Shown here: piece by piece, positions 58,701-64,000 of the stretch | How positions within the stretch are numbered: the first letter of the stretch is position 1 | How the letters are laid out: every line of letters starts with the position of its first letter | Source of the DNA: a virus | Lineage: Duplodnaviria; Caudoviricetes | IMG/VR virus record: IMGVR_UViG_3300007171_000004 | Coordinates: 96,001 to 160,000 of that record | Reading direction: 5' to 3' (one strand) | DNA length: 64,000 nt | Program-made: the position numbers and the translations under genes | The notes under the pieces: model-generated | The model's database searches: none | Told to the model about the DNA's origin: nothing | The model's input: the letters and a program-made list of their open reading frames with translations, nothing else

Positions 58701-59937
58701 AATTCTCAGTATTTCCTAAAGTTGATGTAATCGTGTGAACTAAAGACCATTCATCACTTTCTTTTGGGGCAACTTGAATTTGTAAAGAAGACCAATCTTC
58801 ATTTATATTTAATTTTGGAAGTGATAATATTCTTGATTTAGAATAAACACTTTGATTCAAAAAAGATAGATTTAACTGCTTGCTTTCAGCTATTGTGCTA
58901 ATAATTCTTGTGAAGTATAATCCAGATCCTGACAATTGCCCCATACTTAAAATTGCTAATGGATCTAATACAGTTACAGGCCAGGAAAATATTAAAAATC
59001 TCAAAGAAACTGAATGTGCAAATCCAGGACTATTAAATGTTTGCGTTGGATCAAAAAGTTTTATATGAAGATTAGGTCGTTTAAAATCTATCGAAGTTGG
59101 AAAATATAATGACCTGACTGTTGGATTATAATTAAATAAAGTAGGAAATGCATAACTCAAAACATTACATGGAACTTGCTCATCTCTTAAATTAACTTTC
59201 TGAGCGTCAAATAGGTAAATTTTATATATAGAAAGTCTTACAGAAGGAGCATTTCCTAGTACTTTAATTTGAATATTTGATACTTCTGCAAAATCTGTTG
59301 TAACAACTCCACTCCCAAATCTAATAGTTGTCTCCCTTTGAGTTAATAATGTTGCATCAGAATTTCTAAGACCAGTAGCTTTTAATTCAAGTTTATCCTT
59401 ATTAGAATCAATTTTTGGATCAGGGTATTCTTTACCATCAATCAAAACAGTACCTAAAACATACTTATTCATATCTACATTAAAAGAAGCTTCAGGATTA
59501 TTTCTATTGTTTATAATCTCTTGATAATCAGCTGTATCAACTATAGAAGATAATTTTGGATCAAATGGAGATATAGATAGAGTGTATACAATCTTAATTG
59601 CCGATAATCTAGATTTAGAATTTAAGTCAATCGAATATAAAGAATTAATTCCATCAACTGTAAATGGAGTATTTGTAGCAAACTTTGTGAATGATGCTGG
59701 ATTTGCTAACAATCTAAAAGCATTCACAAAAGGAAAATCAAATGAATTCTTACTTGACTTCAACTCACCTTTGTAAGAAACTTTGACACTTTTATCAACA
59801 ACATCATTTCTGAACTTGCCATTTTCCAGACCCAAAGTTAAAAATCCCGTAGGTATTGAAGCACCAGTAGCCAAAGTTGTTGGATACCAATTAAAATTAC
59901 CTAAAAACGGTTTTCTTGTAGGATTTTCAAATGGCAT
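55735..59937 (-). CDS. Large hypothetical virion protein (1400 aa), beta-rich, possible C-terminal propeller
   Basis: Long ORF coupled within the structural block. PGIALDKYGNVFVCY-type blades near the C-terminus. Confidence 0.55.
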   Translation of the reverse strand: MPFENPTRKPFLGNFNWYPTTLATGASIPTGFLTLGLENGKFRNDVVDKSVKVSYKGELKSSKNSFDFPFVNAFRLLANPASFTKFATNTPFTVDGINSLYSIDLNSKSRLSAIKIVYTLSISPFDPKLSSIVDTADYQEIINNRNNPEASFNVDMNKYVLGTVLIDGKEYPDPKIDSNKDKLELKATGLRNSDATLLTQRETTIRFGSGVVTTDFAEVSNIQIKVLGNAPSVRLSIYKIYLFDAQKVNLRDEQVPCNVLSYAFPTLFNYNPTVRSLYFPTSIDFKRPNLHIKLFDPTQTFNSPGFAHSVSLRFLIFSWPVTVLDPLAILSMGQLSGSGLYFTRIISTIAESKQLNLSFLNQSVYSKSRILSLPKLNINEDWSSLQIQVAPKESDEWSLVHTITSTLGNTENFVAPYIYRFINSTGFSFNDIKFRVFVRYPDGSTYQESITPELDHYNSALVMNEETLYSSTDSSEHSGKPLLINPNKSGDFSMNAINALDPILFFVSDDKFSYEPSISASQGAYTFKVTAKVIDKLNMANTHIIARIWFVPKDFVPNTANFHQYRDVNEIIFKYSNNITQAQIGKPSSLDEVFVSSSISSDFTFIDLVRYAAEVKGFQVSGATSYKLCVGIYAISSLNDEYKNKKFSEKELLYTPTVVFDLSSTSDGIQTPIQRAITATLYPRKASEFDNAKYTKLPEPFVVSKSLVNGTEVGEYILYKGIAKTNSDNAFQDLLIMQDEVNERPLVRLYFDSFAESFNPKLSFIFDFCTLIRPLNSAKVDIGTWQISIKPSNLGMKIETFLNFRISYEIFSISLDGNVVERIYKSGYLNKVYDFKFDVAFPFLTGNNNSQLILRINLYPYALFADKSLGDIRTEFGFTELFYELESIEITSHTVKFLDLDASDSKLGSPGFYEDLDLVPGIAFDDSSCWFILDDDLKDTMITTITDGLNVSGCLYSPTWQLSMPNSTEVRSGALGYTNKDFWFRTVPGEAEIGEISVTAVEDNLSFSTHVAFDDPSTAITFSDGRNYVKYFSTNSNELNFFTKTNLAGMNGEATVEIKGNNPQLFTMNNNNHSLYGNKSLGLLLGQTGEQINSVDGYYNFSAGRERSWSRIGFDSEDNSFNNSSKILNSLNFASTANNMINDLTHIVGILENNKVVYSLANPTVVFSNGVSENRFVWIAGVKTSENDNFLIHADSQDSDSPENTFPGIALDKYGNVFVCYSSASNPGSIYGKTVNNEIPSEQFPIIEMKNTGILIPSTLKIKGLNLQYNHIENTYCLAFWCAGRIFVAIINPNHDYLHGSQEIISIAPILNLVAGSRTFDSANNSLDSALEAMVNIGYISVKQSGEVETNVPSQKPGLLISNNPGKQGELHIWYKDSQDKLKSRILFADGNVNNSIGYA

Positions 59938-59938
59938 T

Positions 59939-62900
59939 TTATGATCTCATAAGTTTATTAATCGAATCTTGAATATAATTCAGTATTCTCTTATTTACAT
60001 CTGTTGACAAGACTTCAAGCTTTAAATTGGTCTTTTTCTCTATCTCTTGAATGATTGTCTCTTTATATATCTTAAACTGATTCTTTGTGACAAACTGTTC
60101 AACTTGCTTATCATTATTTTCTTTTAATTTTTTCTCAATAACGTTGTCAACAATCTGCATAACTCTTTCAACTTCTTTTTGATTATTAACAGATGTATTC
60201 ATAAATGTTGTATTGAAACTACTATCGCCAGATTTTGAAATTAATTGAGTCATGAAAGTATCATTCTTTTCAAATAATCTGTTAATACCTTGCATGAGAA
60301 TATTTTCAACATATTCTTCGGATTCAATATTATTATTTGTTATATTATCCTGTTTCTTACTAAATGGAGATTTACCATTACCATAATTATTTGTAGAGTA
60401 ATTATTAACTGTCTCATTTTTAATTAGATCCACATACTTATCCAAGGAGCCTAAAATTATTTGATCTTGAATGTCACTATAAGGAGAAGCAGAATTTATA
60501 TATGACTGGCTTTGATCGTATCTTATTGTTTCTAAAAGACTATTATTGACGTAAGAATTTTGCTGATTGTAAATATTATTAGTTGATCTTGAGTTAGATG
60601 AATTATTAGGCTTAGAAGGTGAGTAATATTTTCCTGTAAGTCTATCTATTCTTAATTGCTCTTGGGTAACAACTGGATTTGAATTATTATAAATATTAGA
60701 GAAATTAGCTTGCTCTTGATTATATTCTGTAAAGTTTCTAGTATTTTGAGTATTATTTGTCTCATTATATTCATTCACAGCATTATCATAATAAGTTTCA
60801 GTATATAAATTATCAGAACTAAAGAATTCATTTGATCCAGATTTCAAGTCCACATAATTAACTGGTTTATTCTCTGTGACATTTAAGCTATTCTGATATC
60901 TAGACAAATGAGATTCAAAACTATCTTTATTAAAATTATTGTTTACATTAATAATTTTTCTTTTGCTTTTTCTATTTGAAGTATTATTTGTAACTGAAGA
61001 AGATTTTGTATCCCCTTCTATATTTTGATTATTGAAAGTTTGGTTTGTAGTAGAATTTACATCTGAATAATTTTGAGTATTTAAAGTTTCTTGGTTATAT
61101 ACAGTTGAAGAATCATTATTTACTGTAGATGATTGTGTGTTGTATTCATTATTTTCTGTGGACGAATAGTTAGCAGAATCATTTTGATAATATTCTTCTG
61201 TTTCTAAAGTAATCTGCTCTTCAGAGATGTTTACATTTGTATCTCCATCTTCGTAATTGGAATTTTCAGAATTATATGTTGTATTATTATTCTCATTAGA
61301 TACATTATTTGAAGATTGATTATAACTCTGATTATTATTAGTAGTATTACCCTCTACGTTTTGATTAGATACATTTACACTCGAAACTGTCTGATCATTG
61401 CTAATATTATCAACATTAACATTGTTTTGGAAATTATAACTTTCAGTAACAAGTTGCTCAGAAGAATTTACTATATTATTTGATTGAACATTATTAAGAC
61501 TATTTGATATGTTAGTCTGAGAACTGTTATTTGTGTTATTGTTTTGAATACTAGCATTATTTGTTTCTATATTTACATTTTCTTCAGAACTATTTGACTC
61601 ATTATTAGTAACAGAATTTACATTTTGGCTTTGAGAGTTATAGATATCAAAATTATCAGTATTGCCTTCATAATATTCTTCAGTCTGTAAAGTACTCTGA
61701 TTATTGCTTACGCTTGAAGAGATATTATTATCAGTATTTGTAATATCTTGTTTTAATTCATTAGTGACATTCTGGTTATTGGATTCTGCAGATGAGTTAT
61801 TATAAACATTGTTGGTTTCAGAATTATATCCATTGGTTACAGTAGAACTTAAATTAGTTACCTCTGTCTGATTAACAATATTCTGACTATTATCTTGTGT
61901 ATTAAATGCAGTATTTTCTACATCATATTGTTCAGTATTTAAAGTTTCTTGATTATTGACAACAGAATCATTTGAGTTAATATTTAAAGATGTGCTATTA
62001 TTTACTACAGACTCATTAATATTAGACTGTGTATTATTTTCTATATTAGTATTATTCGTATTTGATTCTTGACTGCTAATGTATTCTTGGTTATTTTCAG
62101 AACTATAGGCATCTTGCTGACTATTTGAATTGTTTGTAGTATTCTGATTATATGTGTTATTGTCTGTGGAATTTATATTCTGATTATTGACAATATTTTC
62201 GGAATTAGTTGTTTGATTTAAGACTGTATTAGAATCTGATGAAATATTATTCTGAGTACTATTAAAGCTTTCAGAAGAGCTATAATTTTCAGTATTTAAT
62301 GTCTCTTGATTAATTAAATTTTGGTTAGACTCATTATTAACTGTCTCAAATTCCATGTTAGTAAGATTTTGAGAGTTGTTGATATTTTGGCTATTATTGT
62401 CTTGAGTATAGTTTTCAGTATTTAATGTCTGTTGATAGCTCTCGTTGAAAGTGTTATTTTGGTCCTTAAATGAGTTATTTTCCTCAGTATTAACCGTTTG
62501 ATTGTTGATGTTAAGATTGTCTGTATTTTGTTCATTAATTGTGCTATTTATCTGGACATTTTGATTCTGATTATTTATATCTGTCTGTTCATAAGAAGTA
62601 GACTCATTAATATTAAATTCATTTGAGTTTTGATTATTAATATTGCTTACAGATGAAGTATTATTGATATTATTGCCCGACGATGTGTAATTTACTTCCT
62701 CACTATTTTGATTGATATTTGTATTATTGCTACTTTGACTGAGATCTAGATTTGTATAGTTTTCTGTATTTAAAGTCTCTTGATTAACGATATTTTCTTG
62801 TTCAATTTCAGAGCTATTACTTACATTATTAGATTGGTTATTAATTTCCGTAGAATAATTATAATTTTCTTGAGATAGATAATTTTCTGTATTTAAAGTT

Positions 62901-64000
62901 TCTTGACTACTAAAATTTTCGTACTTATTTTCATTATTTGTATTCTGACTATTGTAATTTTGTTCAATATCGTTAGATTCAATATTTTCAGTATTTACAT
63001 TTGTCTCGTTATAATTTGATTCAGTATTAGATGTAGAGTTTTGAACTGAGGAATTATTTGAAGAGTTGGCAATATTAGTTGTAGAATTTTGCTCTTGATT
63101 AACATTCTGATTAAAAGTCTCAGAAGTTGTCTCGTTAAAATTTTGAGTATTTTCTTGGCTATTAGTTACATTGCTCGTAGTTGCATCATTTTGTGTATAT
63201 TGTTCAGAATTATAGATGTTTTCAGCACTATTATATGATTCTGTATTCAATGTCTCTTGAGTAAAGTTATTCTCTTCATAAGCATTTGATAAATTGTTTT
63301 CAGAAATATTTACTGTACTAGAATTTTGATTATTGATATTATTGCTATTATTGTTATCAGTGTAGTTTTCAGTTGCCAAAGTCTCATAATTATTGGTTTC
63401 AGATTGAGAATTTTCTGAATTAAATGTTTGAGAATTTTCCTGATTAATTAAAGACTCCTGATTATTAACATTAGTCGTACTAGAGTTATTTTGAATATTT
63501 GTTTCAGATTCAAAGATTTCTTGATTAGATTGATTTGTCTGATTATTATTTTGTTGATTATAATTATTTTCAATATTATTATTTGAAACGTTATTATCAA
63601 TATTATTTTCAGAACTAATCTTATTATTTACATTTTGAGTTGAAGAGACATTATTTTCTGATATAGAGCTATTTGAGACATCTAGATTATTAAAATTTTG
63701 TAGGCTATCTCCATTGATTGTTGAAGAATAATTTTCAGTGTTTAATGTCTCTTGAGAATCGATAAAAGTATTAGATTCATTATTAGAAACATTATTTGAT
63801 ACATTTGTTTCATTAAATGCTAAAGATTCATTGGATACAAATTCGTTATTCTCTTCATTTTCGTTTTTATTTACAGTTGTTTGATTAGAAGAAATAGATG
63901 TATTGTTTTGGTTCTGATTATTTTCCAAACTAGAATTTACAACATTATCATTAAAAACGGATGTAGATTCTTCATTCATGGAAACAGAAGAAGAGTCATT
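59939..64000 (-). CDS. Asn/Ser/Glu/Gln/Thr-rich low-complexity protein (at least 1346 aa, probably 5'-truncated) with a helical C-terminal region
   Basis: The frame stays open from 63979 to the window edge (NDSSSVS) and no RBS precedes the ATG. About 1000 aa contain no P, R, H, C or W. Helical C-terminal ~120 aa. Confidence 0.8.
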   Translation of the reverse strand, partial: NDSSSVSMNEESTSVFNDNVVNSSLENNQNQNNTSISSNQTTVNKNENEENNEFVSNESLAFNETNVSNNVSNNESNTFIDSQETLNTENYSSTINGDSLQNFNNLDVSNSSISENNVSSTQNVNNKISSENNIDNNVSNNNIENNYNQQNNNQTNQSNQEIFESETNIQNNSSTTNVNNQESLINQENSQTFNSENSQSETNNYETLATENYTDNNNSNNINNQNSSTVNISENNLSNAYEENNFTQETLNTESYNSAENIYNSEQYTQNDATTSNVTNSQENTQNFNETTSETFNQNVNQEQNSTTNIANSSNNSSVQNSTSNTESNYNETNVNTENIESNDIEQNYNSQNTNNENKYENFSSQETLNTENYLSQENYNYSTEINNQSNNVSNSSEIEQENIVNQETLNTENYTNLDLSQSSNNTNINQNSEEVNYTSSGNNINNTSSVSNINNQNSNEFNINESTSYEQTDINNQNQNVQINSTINEQNTDNLNINNQTVNTEENNSFKDQNNTFNESYQQTLNTENYTQDNNSQNINNSQNLTNMEFETVNNESNQNLINQETLNTENYSSSESFNSTQNNISSDSNTVLNQTTNSENIVNNQNINSTDNNTYNQNTTNNSNSQQDAYSSENNQEYISSQESNTNNTNIENNTQSNINESVVNNSTSLNINSNDSVVNNQETLNTEQYDVENTAFNTQDNSQNIVNQTEVTNLSSTVTNGYNSETNNVYNNSSAESNNQNVTNELKQDITNTDNNISSSVSNNQSTLQTEEYYEGNTDNFDIYNSQSQNVNSVTNNESNSSEENVNIETNNASIQNNNTNNSSQTNISNSLNNVQSNNIVNSSEQLVTESYNFQNNVNVDNISNDQTVSSVNVSNQNVEGNTTNNNQSYNQSSNNVSNENNNTTYNSENSNYEDGDTNVNISEEQITLETEEYYQNDSANYSSTENNEYNTQSSTVNNDSSTVYNQETLNTQNYSDVNSTTNQTFNNQNIEGDTKSSSVTNNTSNRKSKRKIINVNNNFNKDSFESHLSRYQNSLNVTENKPVNYVDLKSGSNEFFSSDNLYTETYYDNAVNEYNETNNTQNTRNFTEYNQEQANFSNIYNNSNPVVTQEQLRIDRLTGKYYSPSKPNNSSNSRSTNNIYNQQNSYVNNSLLETIRYDQSQSYINSASPYSDIQDQIILGSLDKYVDLIKNETVNNYSTNNYGNGKSPFSKKQDNITNNNIESEEYVENILMQGINRLFEKNDTFMTQLISKSGDSSFNTTFMNTSVNNQKEVERVMQIVDNVIEKKLKENNDKQVEQFVTKNQFKIYKETIIQEIEKKTNLKLEVLSTDVNKRILNYIQDSINKLMRS
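61060..63760 (-). repeat. Dispersed protein motif QETLNTENY: 8 near-exact copies and about 4 degenerate copies
   Basis: Near-exact DNA copies near 61077, 61934, 62293, 62420, 62767, 62889, 63243 and 63738 (+ strand GT(A/G)TT(T/C)AA(A/T)GT(T/C)T(C/G)TTG) differ mostly at synonymous positions. Confidence 0.9.

Noticed and set aside
60955-60975. RKSKRK as a nuclear localisation signal or furin site
   Set aside because: The context is prokaryotic and the encoded S8 enzyme shows no features identifying it as kexin-type. It is noted only as the boundary of the acidic tract.
61060-63760. CRISPR array or DNA-level tandem repeat
   Set aside because: Spacing is irregular, the copies vary synonymously within an open frame, and no cas genes are present. 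It is a protein motif.
1-64000. Stop-codon reassignment (TAG or TGA recoded), as in some jumbo phages
   Set aside because: Genes up to 2894 codons read through under code 11. TAG (16705, 19921, 25150, 47815) and TGA (2540, 8265, 20874) end genes that are followed by properly positioned next starts.
1-64000. Eukaryotic giant virus (NCLDV) origin, suggested by Hsp70, DnaJ and an Asn-rich protein
   Set aside because: Shine-Dalgarno sites, coupled operons, intrinsic terminators, bacterial-type DnaK, LepB and MerC, and phage tail modules point to a prokaryotic virus.

Overview
An AT-rich, densely coding 64 kb segment that looks like a large (jumbo-type) tailed bacteriophage genome. Evidence: bacterial Shine-Dalgarno sites, intrinsic terminators, overlapping start/stop codons, and very large virion-type proteins. 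Two convergent arms are present. The + arm (1-19921) has three paralogous mosaic fibre-like proteins, a ~2800 aa multi-LamG adhesin-like protein that probably starts at a non-canonical ATA, several small tail proteins and two paralogous tail-tube-like genes. The - arm (64000-19918) begins with a >1350 aa Asn-rich low-complexity protein carrying a repeated QETLNTENY motif. It continues through six giant baseplate/fibre-like proteins (beta-propeller, PA14, vWA and Ig modules), then three tandem proteases (subtilase S8, signal peptidase I, trypsin-like S1), DnaJ, two small proteins, an SF2 helicase, DnaK, RNase HII and a MerC-family protein. A 23-codon sORF with a strong RBS lies divergent from dnaK. 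The most interesting signals are the protease/chaperone module next to the giant virion genes, the Asn-rich repeat protein, the ATA start, the sORF locus and module shuffling between the two arms. No tRNA, rRNA, CRISPR array or transposase was recognised. All domain calls come from motif recognition by eye, not database searches.
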